From NCBI GenBank assembly GCA_951406725.2, contig OX597817.1, forward strand, positions 620,001 to 684,000: a DNA stretch of 64,000 nucleotides, read 5' to 3'. This DNA comes from Octopus vulgaris. Taxonomy: Eukaryota. How positions within the stretch are numbered: position 1 is the first letter of the stretch; every line of letters starts with the position of its first letter. Below the pieces are notes generated by a model. The model made no database searches and was not told the origin of the DNA. It saw nothing but the letters and a program-made list of their open reading frames with translations. Below are positions 13,590 to 26,109 of this stretch, piece by piece. The position numbers were made by a program, and so were the translations under genes.

Positions 13590-13915
13590 AAGGTCAGTGG
13601 TTAGTATTGAGCTCACAATCATGAGGTAGTGAGTAGGATTCCCAGACCGAGCCATGTGTTGTGTTCTTGAGGAAGACACTTTATTCCATGTTATTCCAGT
13701 TCACTCAGCTGTAGCAATGAGTTGCAACATCACTGGTGCCAAGATGGATTGGCCCCTTTACCTTTCCCTTGGATAATATTGGTGGCATTGAGAGAGGAGG
13801 CTGGTATGTATGGATGAGTGCTAGTCTTCCATAAATAACCTAGCCTAGACTTGTGCCTTGAAGGGTAACTTTCTAGGTGTGATCCCATGGTCATTCATGA
13901 CTGAAGGGGGTCTTT
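13590..13915 (+). mobile_element. tRNA-derived SINE, family A, diverged copy
   Basis: Colinear with 8545-8883. Confidence 0.75.
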
Positions 13916-14570
13916 TATATCATTATTGTTATTCCATGTTGGCAAAAATATTAGCAAGTCAGACAAAATACTTAGTGACATTTCTTCAGGGTTATTACAT
14001 TCTTAGTTGAAATTCAGCCAAGGTAGACATCCTTTTGGAGTCAATGTAATCAACTTACTGCTCCCTTAAAAACTGTTGGCCTTGTGCCATAATTTGAAAC
14101 CATTATTGTTGTTGCATTAGAGAACTTGTGAAAAACATCAAAATCAGACAAAAGTTAAGAATAAGAGAAGACACAAAATACAAAGACAAATATTCGTTTT
14201 TAAGAATGAGATGGAGAAATCACTGGAGCACACTGCAACTAATGGCTCACAAACTTTTTTCTCTCTGGCCTTTCTATTATTACAAGAGCAATGGCTTCTG
14301 TTTCTCTGAGCGAATTTAGTTGCATATACAATAGGATTTCACATATGCAACATTGGTTGTTGTAAAACTTCAATCAACTGGAATTATCAAAACAATTAGT
14401 AAATATAAAATCTCTCTAGGAATGTTTGAAATCTAAAATATAAAGAAAACTTTAACAAAGTCAGTTGATTGAAAGTTTTGGACACTATCGACAATACAAA
14501 TTGAAGTGTATACCTCATTTTACTTTGGGTCCACTCAACATATTAATCTTTCTTCCTCTTGTTAATTCTA

Positions 14571-14770
14571 CTCTATTTTCTGGCATATAAGTTGATGTAG
14601 TGTAAACATGTAATATTACTATTCAAACAGCATCACTATCTTTCCAAATCCTGTTGCATTTCACATGGAAGTTTTGGTCATTCAAAGTTGTCTTGGTCTA
14701 TAAGTTGACCTACCTTTTTTGACAGTAAATTTTGGTCTGAAAAATTGAACTTGTATGCCAGAAAATATGG
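14571..14770. mobile_element. Tc1/mariner (pogo-like) MITE
   Basis: TIRs ctctattttctggcatataagtt / aacttgtatgccagaaaatatgg, TA on both sides. Confidence 0.7.
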
Positions 14771-15649
14771 TAGTAGAGAAAAACTCCTAGTGGTGTTTAA
14801 AATCTAAAATACAAAGAAGGGAACTCAGTTAACTGAAAAGTTTGGACATGACAGACAATCCAAATTGGAGTGGATACTCCATCTCTCATATCTTACACTA
14901 AACATTTTGCACAATGTTCCTTCCCTGAACAGCATTCTTCTACAATCCCATCCCTTGCCTTTCTCAATAGATAGAAATTCTAGTTAAATACCAACTACAT
15001 TATCTCATCAGTATGAGACAGTCTGAAAAGGAGGATGCCCTCCTACTATTGAAATAATTCAAATAAAAATAACTGATATACAATGTTGCAGTTTAACTCT
15101 GATTGAATAAACTTACAATCAAACGTGTCCCGACTATGACCAGTCAGTCCTTTACTCTGACATATTTTTAACCCTGCATGTTGACCAAAGGAGATGGATT
15201 CATACAGCACAGTAAAGTGGCCATCAAACCAATAATTGATGGTTATAACCAATAAGTGCTCATCTTAAGAAAGTGGAATGATATGGGGGATATTTGGCAG
15301 CTATTTCTAGCAAGGTGAGCAATTATACAGATATTTTTCTGTTGGCACATTTTAAAACGGAGAATAGCGCTTTGTTCAAACATTTTCATGATTTTATTTC
15401 AATTTGAAACAGTGTAAAAGATTTGTCCAGCTCAAGCAAAATGAAAGAAAGTTGCAGACGTCTGAAGGTGACATGGAAAACTTTGATTATAGACTTTCTC
15501 TAATAGAACTAAACATACGGTTTTAATTAATTGCTAAAAAAATACATGAGAGACATCAATTCTAGGTGAAATCTTTTTATGGATGAAGCAGACCTAACAA
15601 GCCATATTGCAAATTGATTTTAGAAAGAACCAAAAATGGGCCATTTTGC

Positions 15650-15711
15650 TATATATATATGAATAATATATGTGAATGTATGTGTATATATATATATATA
15701 TATATGAATAA

Positions 15712-15755
<44 letters not shown>

Positions 15756-16030
15756 GTGCATATACATATATATATATATACACACACATATATATACTTA
15801 TATACATACATATATATATACATACATACACACACATATATATATATACACACACACATATACATACATACATACATCCATTTACTAGTTTCAGTCAGTC
15901 ACCTGTAGTCATGCTGGGGCACCAAATACACACACATTCACATATATATTTGTGCATGTATTACACACATACTCACTCTTGTGCACACACACACACACAC
16001 ATACACCAACACGTGTATATAAACATACAC
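15650..16030. repeat. Compound (TA)n/(CA)n/(TACA)n microsatellite
   Basis: Direct reading; similar tracts at 626-720, 21859-21970, 23170-23850, 28200-28950, 31335-31585, 32780-33075, 61640-61930. Confidence 0.95.
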
Positions 16031-16229
16031 ACATTTGTTGAAATAACTGTACACACAATTAACAATGTGATGTAAGTTATATACTGAAGGATGAATATCT
16101 GTTTTTAATGTTTTATACTGTAACAATTTCATCATTGAGTGAAATGTTTCTATATCCCCCCATTTTTTTTTGTCAAACACAGCCTTACTTTTTATTCTAA
16201 TAGAACTCTGAGTAATTACAACAGGAGTT

Positions 16230-18605
16230 TTATGATGTCTTTTGAATTTTCATGCGTTTCAAACTTTTAGGTCTTCCACGCGGTCGTTTCTTTAAATTTG
16301 TAGGGTCTTTTAGAGGGTATGGTTTAGATTTTATTGTGTTTATTGATGTTTCTGATAGAAAACCATCTGTACATACTCCTGAAACCTCATCAGTAGTCAC
16401 ATTAATTTTCTCTGCTAATTGTCCTCTTTCTGTATGCAATCTGTTTGACTCTTTTCTGTCAATGTCTTGTTCCCTGTTGCTATTTGGTTTTGGCTCAATG
16501 TCACTGGTCCCATCAGAATCAGCAGTTATGTCTATGTAATTATTATTGAATTCAGAAGACTGAAAATAATTCTTTTCTTCAAGATAATTGTTGTTATGTT
16601 TGTAGAATTTGTTGTAAGACCAGATGTCACCAACAGTTGAGATATCATCAACTTCATTGTAATCTTTTGCTTTGAAAATGGGAGTTTTGTGACCAAACGT
16701 TTTTTGAAGATTTTTAGAAGAGTTCATCTCAAACAAGCTTTTCGCATCTGAAGCTGTTGTAACATCATTAGGTGTAGAGGAAAACCCAGAAACAGGGTAA
16801 TCTGATTCTACAAGATTTTTAGAAAGTTCAGCAATTGATTTTTCTGTGTCCCAGGCTGTGTATGAAGTATCTGGAAGAATTTCACCTGTAACAGAATCAG
16901 ACTTTGTCAGAGCCATTTTAGAGAAAAGTTCTGCATTGAGCAAAATACTAGAATTATCAAGAATTTCAATGGGTGAAGTTTCAGAAACTTTGGGTGGCCA
17001 GTCTCCATCTTGGCAGTTTTTCCCAGAAGTTGCCTCTGACAGAATTTTAGGATCTATCTGTGAAATCTCACAAGTTTTTTCATATAGATCAGACCATTTG
17101 TCATTGAGGAGAGATGCATCAACGTCTGGATATAAAGCATCATGAGAGGAGAAAGAAGGAGTGTGAAGACAGTTAGTGTTATTAACGACAGGTGAGTTAC
17201 ATGTTGTCGATGACCCTACCTGGTTTGTTATTAAAGTGTCATCATTGCTTGTTGAAGATGACAAGCTGTTATAATTCAGCATAACATTTGGTTCAGCATT
17301 CAGATAGCCATTCTGCAAAAACTCAAGGTTATTCAACAATTTCCTTTCGCTGTGGATAACTAGTTCTTGTAGAAACATCAAAACAACATTAGAACTTAGA
17401 TCAATGTTCAAGCCATGAGCAATAACACATTCCAAAAGTTGTTCAACAAAACCGTCATCTAAGAACTTGTCCACAAATTTAGAACTCTCATTTGAACACC
17501 CTAAGTTCACAGTCCGACGTATACACTTTGCATTTTCCTTCACTTTTTCAGTGTGTTGCAAATTCACATCAAACTCAGAGTCTTCTGCAAAGAGATTGAC
17601 TCCAGCAAGTCTGCGATATTTCATCAACCAATGATTTTTCACGATTTTCATTTTAGAAAGTCGTAATGTTAAGTAGTCGATTGTCTTTTCTTTCTCAGTC
17701 AGTTTATTGAGAAAAGAAGTCATTTCTTTGTTTTTATTCTCAAGAAGTAACTGGAGCTCATCAACTTTTTGACGCAGATTCTGAGCCCAAGTACTTTCTT
17801 TGCAATATGAAGAACATCTGCTTTGTGGAAGATCAGCTAAACTGGGGGTGTCTTTTCCAACATTATTACAAGTTACTGAAATATCAGCTGGAATAGAATC
17901 ATTCGTTTGTTCCAGTTTGAAAGATCTTTGAGATTTGCTAGGAAGTGGTAACTGATAAGGTGTTTCCAGGAAAATGTTTAATTCTTCCCCTTCTAGTTGC
18001 TCTGCTTGCTCAAGAATTTGTGTCCACTGTCTTTTGATATCCATTGGTTTTAATAACACTTTGCTGTTCAGAATTCCAAAGAAATGCAGCCATTTGGGAA
18101 CGACTTTAAACCAGCAGAGATGATAGGAATTTCGTAGGCGACATAATATTACTATGTGCTTATTAGCTAGAGTCGTTTTAGAGCCAGACCGAGGAACTAA
18201 TGGACCAGTTATAAGCATGGATTTTGTGACTCCCCATTTCGTAAAATCCTCCCACTCTGCCTCAAGCTTAGCAGCATAAAGACTTGAGATTGGTTGGTAA
18301 ATGGATTCCAAGTTACCAAGTTTGCGAGCCCGTTCAATGTAGAGACGGATTGATGCAGAAAATGCAGCAATCCGGTTTGGTAAGAAAGGCACGAGATCCG
18401 GAAAGAGAAACTTGAGGATGACAATTAATGTCTCTGTTGTTTTCATAGGCTGGATCTTGATATAATCCAGCAGTCTTCCATAAAGGACATAGGTCAGCTT
18501 GATATTAGAACATTTTGATAATGCAGACAATTTGATATTGCCTGCTAGAATGTCAGTCAGTGACTCAGTAACACACTGGACAACGCTATCTGCTTTCTCG
18601 GATTC
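16230..18605 (-). CDS. Terminal coding exon of an uncharacterised putative nuclear protein (helical N-terminus, coiled coil, acidic Ser/Asn-rich region, C-terminal AT-hook)
   Basis: Uninterrupted ORF (797 aa in the track); acceptor tttcttacattgcAG precedes GAA at 18605, so the track start is probably intronic; heptad segment NLRQKVDELQLLLENKNKEMTSFLNKLTEKEKTIDYL; AT-hook KKRPRGRPKS; minus-strand AATAAA at 16191-16196. Confidence 0.85.
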   Translation of the reverse strand, partial: ESEKADSVVQCVTESLTDILAGNIKLSALSKCSNIKLTYVLYGRLLDYIKIQPMKTTETLIVILKFLFPDLVPFLPNRIAAFSASIRLYIERARKLGNLESIYQPISSLYAAKLEAEWEDFTKWGVTKSMLITGPLVPRSGSKTTLANKHIVILCRLRNSYHLCWFKVVPKWLHFFGILNSKVLLKPMDIKRQWTQILEQAEQLEGEELNIFLETPYQLPLPSKSQRSFKLEQTNDSIPADISVTCNNVGKDTPSLADLPQSRCSSYCKESTWAQNLRQKVDELQLLLENKNKEMTSFLNKLTEKEKTIDYLTLRLSKMKIVKNHWLMKYRRLAGVNLFAEDSEFDVNLQHTEKVKENAKCIRRTVNLGCSNESSKFVDKFLDDGFVEQLLECVIAHGLNIDLSSNVVLMFLQELVIHSERKLLNNLEFLQNGYLNAEPNVMLNYNSLSSSTSNDDTLITNQVGSSTTCNSPVVNNTNCLHTPSFSSHDALYPDVDASLLNDKWSDLYEKTCEISQIDPKILSEATSGKNCQDGDWPPKVSETSPIEILDNSSILLNAELFSKMALTKSDSVTGEILPDTSYTAWDTEKSIAELSKNLVESDYPVSGFSSTPNDVTTASDAKSLFEMNSSKNLQKTFGHKTPIFKAKDYNEVDDISTVGDIWSYNKFYKHNNNYLEEKNYFQSSEFNNNYIDITADSDGTSDIEPKPNSNREQDIDRKESNRLHTERGQLAEKINVTTDEVSGVCTDGFLSETSINTIKSKPYPLKDPTNLKKRPRGRPKSLKRMKIQKTS

Positions 18606-19210
18606 CTGCAATGTAAGAAACATAACAAATATTAATGAGCCATATAATTCCAGCCTACAGCTTAAATATATGTTTACATCTCATCACAGACACTGCATTG
18701 TATCCCATGGTCAAGATGCTTAATTTTCAAAATAGCTCAGACTACTCAGCTATGGACAGGTACAAGAGGTTAGTGATAACTCACCACTAAGTAACTGCAG
18801 CATCATAAAAGTGACAATTGTTTTTTTTAGTAACGTTAGAAAAACATATTTAATGCAATGAACAGCAATAAATGTAATTAGAAAAACTCATGAGATAAGA
18901 AAGAGACAACATTAGCTCAATGACTAATATGATTTTAATTATTTCAGCAAATACAGAAGACAACTCTGGACATTGTTTCAGACCTATATGGCCTCTTCAG
19001 CAAAGCATCTACTTCACTATACTTGGTGAAATAAATAGTGATGAAAGAATCATTAAGTAGATGTAGATTATGGTACATGTGAAACATTTGCACTGAAATT
19101 CATTGCTGAAAGTGTTTATTAGAATGTAGTGTTGAATGGAAGCTTTGCTACAGACATATCTTGAAAATGAGTCCTACTAAACCAAACATACTTGCCCTAA
19201 GTACATGACA

Positions 19211-19352
19211 CAGGCGTGGCTGTGTGGTAAGAAGCTTGCTTCCCAACCACATGGTTCCGGGTTCAGTCTCACTGTGTGACACCTTAGGCAAATGTCTTTT
19301 GCTATAGCCTCATGCTGACCAAAACCTTTGAAAGAAGCCCATTGTGTGTGTG
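19211..19352 (+). mobile_element. SINE family B, 5' portion
   Basis: ggcgtggctgtgtggtaagaagcttgcttcccaaccacatggttccgggttcagtc head; stops at the central (TG)n where a Tc1 element begins. Confidence 0.75.
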
Positions 19353-19354
19353 TA

Positions 19355-19990
19355 CAGGGGTTGGACAAAATAATGGAAACGCCTTAAAATTACAAACAAA
19401 TTTATTTTAATATGGGGAAGGACTGCCTTTGGCAGTAATTACAGCTTGAATTCTATGAAGTATGGACTCGTACAAAGTTTGAAATGTTTCCAAAGGAATT
19501 TTTGTCCATTCTTCAGCTAAAACAGTCTCTAGTTCTTGTAGTGATGGTGGTGGAGGATATCGACTCCTTACTTGTTTTACTAAAATGCACCGTAAATGTT
19601 CAATAATATTGAGATCTGGGGACTGTGGTGGCCAGGTAAGATGTTCAACTTCACTAGAATGTTCCTCGTACCATTCAGTGACAACTTAAGCTGTGTGAAT
19701 TGGTGCATTATCATGCTGAAAGATTTCGTTGCCCTCCAGAAACAGTTCCACAACCATAGGATGAATTTGATCAGATAAAATGCTTAAATAGTTTTGACTA
19801 TTAATTCTACCATCAAAGGGAAACCCCTGGGCTGGCAGATTTCCAAGATATAGCACCACCCCCCACACACACACACCAGATCATCACAGATGCTCCTCCT
19901 TGTTTAACAGTTGGAAGAAGGTAGTCTGGGCCAAATGCTTCATTTGGCTGTCTCCAGTGGTCGAAAATAAGGTAAAAGATGAGGTAAGCT
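19355..19990 (-). mobile_element. Tc1-like transposon fragment (3' part of transposase and one TIR)
   Basis: TA|caggggttggacaaaataatggaaac end; minus-strand peptides PTVKQGGASVMIW, FQHDNAPIHTA, WPPQSPDLNIIE (DD34E-type). Confidence 0.85.
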
Positions 19991-20311
19991 AAGGTAAACT
20001 TCTCAATCCACTCAGCTATGCTTTTAGGGAAAGAAACTGAAATTTAAAAAAATCACTTCAGAACTATTTTAACTCTTCTGTTACTAAATAGAATTATTTC
20101 AATGTTATATCAAGATAGAAATGGATAGAGAACCTTTGCGATATCAAGAGTACTGTTTTCGGATGGAGCCATTGAGGAAGATCAAACATGGGCTTTGTGG
20201 TGTAACTGAAAAGATAAAAATAAATTGGTTAGATTTGTATTAAATAGCGTTTCATTACATAGAAATATAGTACAAAGAATTATTTTACAGAGAGCTGTAT
20301 TGTATTCCATA

Positions 20312-20355
20312 CTAGCAGAGATACCCAGCCTTGCTCGGGATTAAAATGGCATAGT
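20312..20355 (-). mobile_element. 3' terminus of a non-autonomous Helitron
   Basis: actagcagagatacccagccttgctcggg reads on the minus strand as hairpin + CTAG|T; similar terminus at 53657. Confidence 0.55.
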
Positions 20356-20364
20356 TTTTTTTTT

Positions 20365-20637
20365 TTGTTTTACTTGTTTCAATCATATGACTGCAGCCAT
20401 GCTGGAGCACTGCTGTTGGTCAAACAAATTGACCACAGGATTTATTCTTTGTAAGCCTAGTACTTATTCTATCAATTTTTTTGCTGAATTGCTAAGTTAC
20501 AGGAATGTAAACACAGCAACATCGGTTGTCAAGCAATGGTGGGGGTACAAACACGGACACACAAATATACAATAGTCTTCTTTCAGTTTCCATGTACGAA
20601 ATCCATTCACAAGACCCTGGTTGGCCTGAGGCTATAA
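20365..20637 (-). mobile_element. SINE family B, 3' portion, cut off at a mariner insertion
   Basis: Reverse complement of the 3' part of 24221-24628. Confidence 0.75.
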
Positions 20638-20639
20638 TA

Positions 20640-21854
20640 TAAGGTTGTCCCAAAAGTTCGTAAACACTTGCGAAAATTTGAATTTTTATGCAATTTTTAA
20701 TTGTTTGTTTGGGTTTATATTGTCATAGTTACCTTCATCTTTATATTCCAGATGTCCATGAATAAAATTGAGCTGCGAGTTTTGATTCGTTACTACTGGA
20801 AGCGAGGTCTTTCAACCAGAAAAGCTGCAGAAGGGATTTGTGCTGCCGAAGGTGAAGGAACAATTGCATATGCGACGATCTCAAAGTGGTACAAGCGTTT
20901 CGATTCTGGCAACATGACTCTTGAAGATAAGCCTCGTTCGGGACGGCCGTTAAAGTTAGATGATGGAGACTTACAAACCGGGTTGAACATTGCGCCTTCA
21001 TCGAGTACTTGAGAATTGGCTGATGAGCTTGGAGTTGGCAAATCAACAATTCACCGACACTTGAGGCAACTTGATTTTGTTCACAAAAAGCCGCGCCAAG
21101 ATCCACACGAACTCACCGAAGCACAAGCCAACAGACGAGTTGAAATTTGCCGTCAATTGCTCAGCAATCCATTGGACGACTGGTTTTGGAAGCGCATTGT
21201 GACTTCGGACGAGAAATGGGTCTATCTGGTCCAGCACAATTGAGACAAGCGATGGGTTCAGAAAGAGCAAGAGACATCGTCGGTTCCAAAACAAGATCGA
21301 TTCGGCAAGAAAGTCATGTTGTGCGTTTGGTGGAACTTTGAAGGAATCGTGCATTTTGAGTTGGTTCTGAGTGGTCGTGCCATCAGTGCCGAACGTTACT
21401 GTCAGCAACTGGAGCGGGTCTACGAAATGTTGAAGCAAAAGTACCCGGCTCTGATCAACCGAAAGCGCGCTTTGATGCAGCAGGACAATGCCAAGTCACA
21501 CACCGCCAGGAAGACCAAAGACAAGTTTGAAGAGATGGCTGGCGTTGAGGTTCTGCCACATCCAGCCTACAGTCCTGACTGTGCTCCATCAGATTACGGC
21601 CTTTTCCGCTCAATGCAACACTTTCTTAAGGGCCACCGATTTGACTCGTTTAATGAAGTCGAGGAAGCGTGTCATATATTCTTTGATTCGAAGCCGGCTG
21701 AATGGTACTTTGACCTGATTCGACAGCTTGCAGATCGATGGCAGAAAGTCTTGGGAAATAATGGTCTTTATTTTGAGGAATAATTTTTGTTTTTGTTAGT
21801 ACTTGGCGAGTAAAAATTCAATTTTCGCAAGTGTTTACGAACTTTTGGGACAAC

Positions 21855-21858
<4 letters not shown>
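20640..21858 (+). mobile_element. Full-length mariner transposon (~1.22 kb)
   Basis: Near-perfect ~37-bp TIRs (t[a/t]aggttgtcccaaaagttcgtaaacacttgcgaaaa), TA on both sides, internal transposase. Confidence 0.95.
20752..21783 (+). pseudogene. Mariner DD34D transposase, 343 codons, two in-frame TGA stops (21010-21012, 21241-21243), no frameshift
   Basis: Track ORFs 20701, 21016 and 21316 share one frame; motifs RSGRP, IVTSDEKW, QDNAKSH, HPAYSPDCAPSDYGLF. Confidence 0.92.
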
Positions 21859-21919
<61 letters not shown>

Positions 21920-23490
21920 TCATCATCATCATCATCATTTAACGTCCGCTTTCCATATATATATATATAATGGAAGTTATTGTTTGTTTAATAGTGAGGG
22001 GTGGGGAGGGTACAATTTGCATGGCTTTGCATGAAAGTGCTTTCTATTCTTAAGAAGGATCAGAAACTAAATATTGCTTCATTGTATAAAAGGGGGTTGA
22101 TACGATTTTCTCCAGAAATCACATTTTCAAATTTCTTAATTTGTAACATTAAAAATTTTTTTTTTTTTTTGCTATCTACACAGAAAAATACAGACATTAG
22201 GAATCTGAGAAATATATAAATATATTTAGTTTAATTTTTCTCAATGCCCCTTCCCCCACCTCCCCCACACATCACCTACCAGCTTTCAAAAAGCTAAAAC
22301 CTCCTAATCTTTCATGTTTGTCTGATGTTTCCCATATGCATAGAATTCTACTGAAATTGTAGACTTATAATGTACCAGACCACCACCAGAAAACCCGACG
22401 TGCTAGAAACAACAGATAAATGACATTATTTCTGAAGAAACTTCCCTGCTTTCCAAAAAGCTAAAAGTGAAACATTGGAAGTGCGTAGCTTTTTAAAAGT
22501 GGTGAGGTGATGGGTAAAAAAAGATTCCTACTCTCTGTATTTTTCTCCATGGATTACCAAGAATAAAAATCTGAAAAATGTAAGAAATGAATTTTGTGTG
22601 AAGAGGGACAAAATTAAAATATTGAGGATGTGTTTTGTGGGTGAAATCATAATCTCCTGTATTGCAAACATTGGAATCGGAAGAAATTTAGGAAAAAAAT
22701 AAGGGGTGGGGGAATGTCACCTCAGACATGTTGGAAAGAAGAGGAAAAGGAAAGATTTCTGGGAAAATTTCCTTTCAAGTTTATATCGAAGATCAGGTTT
22801 TTTAAATATGCTCACCACAGACACAAAGTACACAATAGATAATTTCAATTGGATTTGAGCTGTAAATTTGCAGGTGAACACTGCAAGAATTAACATAATT
22901 TGCACAGAAGTTTTACCTGGAGTGTGGAGGGGGGATGGTGACGGTGACGTGTGCGGATGATGGTGTAGGTGCTGGGAAGTGGTCAGTGCTAGTGTGTGCA
23001 GGGTGGTGTTGGGGTGTGGGGGAGGCAAGAGTGGGTCTAACAGATGGGGTGGGGTGGGATGGGATGGGATAATGATAAAGGGTGGAAGGGAGAATGTGAG
23101 TAGGAGTGAAGAGAGGAAGTAGGTGCCAGAGCAAGAGAGGAGAGGTGGGTGGAAGTTCAGAGGACTAACTTAGGTATATATAAATATACACACACACATA
23201 TAATATATATATACTCACATATATAGGCACACGCACACATATATATATGCATACATATACATACACACATGCATGCATATACACACTTATAACAGAATCA
23301 TTTATTAGTAGGTGTAGTACTGACATAATAATTATTTGTGTTGTTGTCGTTGCTCTATTATATCATATACTATATATGTACAGGTGTATAAATGAAGGTA
23401 TATATAGTACTTTAGTTTTGATTGTGTGCATATATACATGTGTATGCATGTATGTATGTGTATATATATGAGTGTGTGTGTGTGTGTATG

Positions 23491-23552
<62 letters not shown>

Positions 23553-23788
23553 TATATATGTACATATGTATATTCAGTTATATATATAATTATCCGAGTA
23601 TGCAAGTATAGTCATAAGTTAGGACATAGATGTGTGTATAAATATGCGCTCATACTTGTATGGGTATATAAGACAAAATAGGTAGGATTCAAAAGATTCG
23701 TCAGAGATATTTCCACGCATATTTTGAAAATGAATATACACATATATAGATATATGAATTTCAGAATGAGGAATCGGACTGGGTTGGC

Positions 23789-23847
<59 letters not shown>

Positions 23848-24122
23848 GTACACGTGTTAATATAGGTATAAAAATACAGATCTGATTAGTACTCTAATTG
23901 GAGTATTTGTGGATCTATGGATATACTTATGTTGTAATGGAAATAGGCAGATGCATGTGTGTACATACGTGGCGAGTTTCAGAGTATAGGTAAAGACAAG
24001 TATGGTTGTGCATATAAAATGTTGTACAGACATAAATTATGGTGTTAATATATATCTGATTAGCATTAGTATTAGAACACTTGGAGATCAGGAGATATAC
24101 TCTGCAATCATACCTTTTCTTT

Positions 24123-24156
<34 letters not shown>

Positions 24157-24220
24157 CATTTAATTTTATTTATTTATCTATTTATATTTGAAATGGTTGG
24201 AGCAAGAGTATGAACAGATA

Positions 24221-24628
24221 GGCATGGCTGTGTGGTAAGTAGCTTGTTTACCAACCACATGGTTCCGGGTTCAGTCCCACTGCATGGCACCTTGGGCAAG
24301 TGTCTTCTACTATAGCCTCGGGCCAACCAAAGCCTTGTGAGTGGATTTGGTAGACGGAAACTGAAAAAGCCCGTCGTATGTATATGTGTGTGTGTGTGTA
24401 TGTATGTATGTGTGTGTGTTTGTGTGTCTGTATTTGCCCCCCCCCCTCCAACATCGCTTGACAACCGATGCTGGTGTATTTATGTCTCTGTAACTTAGCG
24501 GTTCGGCAAAAGAGACCGATAAAGTAAGTACTAGGCTTACAAAGAATAAGTCCTGGGGTCGATTTACTCGACTAAAGGCGCTGCTCCAGTATGGCCACAG
24601 TAAAATGACTGAAATAAGTAAAAGAGAG
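24221..24628 (+). mobile_element. SINE family B, full length, with central microsatellite
   Basis: tRNA-like head, (TG)n core, 3' ..gctccagtatggccacagt..tgactgaaataagtaaaaga; minus copies at ~33080-33478, ~35860-36205, ~13120-13280. Confidence 0.85.
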
Positions 24629-24674
24629 ATATGAATACCAACAACACGCCATTATGTTATGCAAATGTTTTCCC

Positions 24675-24725
<51 letters not shown>

Positions 24726-24925
24726 TACACAAACATGGCTTAGGCAATAGCATTGATAATCCCTCTATTAATATACCTTAAACAAATACACATAGATTAG
24801 CTCATATTTTATAATAAAATTAAACAAATTACAACGCACAAATATGCAGAGTAATAGCATTGTGCAGTACTACTTGAGACTGGGTCATGAATTTATATAT
24901 ACATATATGTGTATGTATGTATATG

Positions 24926-24958
<33 letters not shown>

Positions 24959-26109
24959 GAAAGCATTGATATGCAACTACAATACATAACCAATTAATTG
25001 ATTCATTAGCTTACTATCTGATTATTAAGTATTTTAATTTCTAGCTCTAAATCAAAGAGTTATTCCCCTTCAACTAAGCAAAACGAGACGTAAAAACCAA
25101 GGCAACGCAAACATGCCCACCACTAGCTACACCCACTCAAATAAAACACTAAACTTAAATAACTAAATAAATAGATGGACTGATTGACTGATTAGATGAT
25201 CAATTGACCAACTCAACACTCTTGCATTGTGCCTGGCATTTGATGGACTGTGTCTGATGTAAACATGTTTTTAGCGATGAGTAACAACTTACAAAAAATA
25301 ACATATCTGGTCCCTTCTGATATTTTGTCCCTTATTACCTTCGACATAGAATTTCCCCCTGTATCGCCCATATATTTTGGTAAATACACAGTTAATTCCT
25401 CTAAGCAAACGGATACATGTATTACACTTATTATATGCGATTTTATAGCTTTGTAATAATTTCTCGTAAGCAGTCTAGTAAAAACCACTTCCCCTTAGTT
25501 ATATCACTCTAAACCTATTACACTCATTAACCCATCCACTTCTTATATAATTATTAATGTAATCTAATCCAATGGAATCAAGTCTCAATATTAATTTTTA
25601 CTCTCCTACCTGCCCATAATTAACCATGACTTATTTGTTTTTATGTTTTCAGTCATATATATATATTTTGTTTTTATTTGTTTATTTATGTTATCTGTTA
25701 ACCACCAACCAACCATAACAGCGTCATGACCGTTCAAAACAATTAGCAAACCAATTAGGTTTACGCAAATGACCATAACCCCCTCCCCGTTACCCAGATG
25801 GATTCAGCAACTTGTTAATTAGAAAAACTAACGGAAGCTCACACAGTATCTTAGTCACTACCAGGAGATTTACTACCTATAGTACCAACTCCTACCACAA
25901 CTATTAATATAAACTTTCTCCCCTCAATGGGGACCTTGATCTCAGGCCCTCAACTATAAACACATCGTATGCTTATGCATATTTATATGCAAGGAAAATA
26001 CGATCCCCTGCAGGAATACACTCTTCCTTACGCATGGAATATGTCTGTCTATGTGCGTATATATATACATATATATATAACGTATGTATATATATATAAA
26101 TAATGCATG

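Noticed and set aside
15594-16180. [10 protein letters not shown]-type ORFs here and elsewhere
   Set aside because: Translations of dinucleotide microsatellites.
18606-18623. Track start of the 797-aa ORF (MFLTLQ)
   Set aside because: It overlaps a polypyrimidine tract and CAG acceptor, so it is more likely intron.
25213-25488. 91-aa minus-strand ORF as an upstream exon of the AT-hook gene
   Set aside because: No convincing splice sites or recognisable motif.
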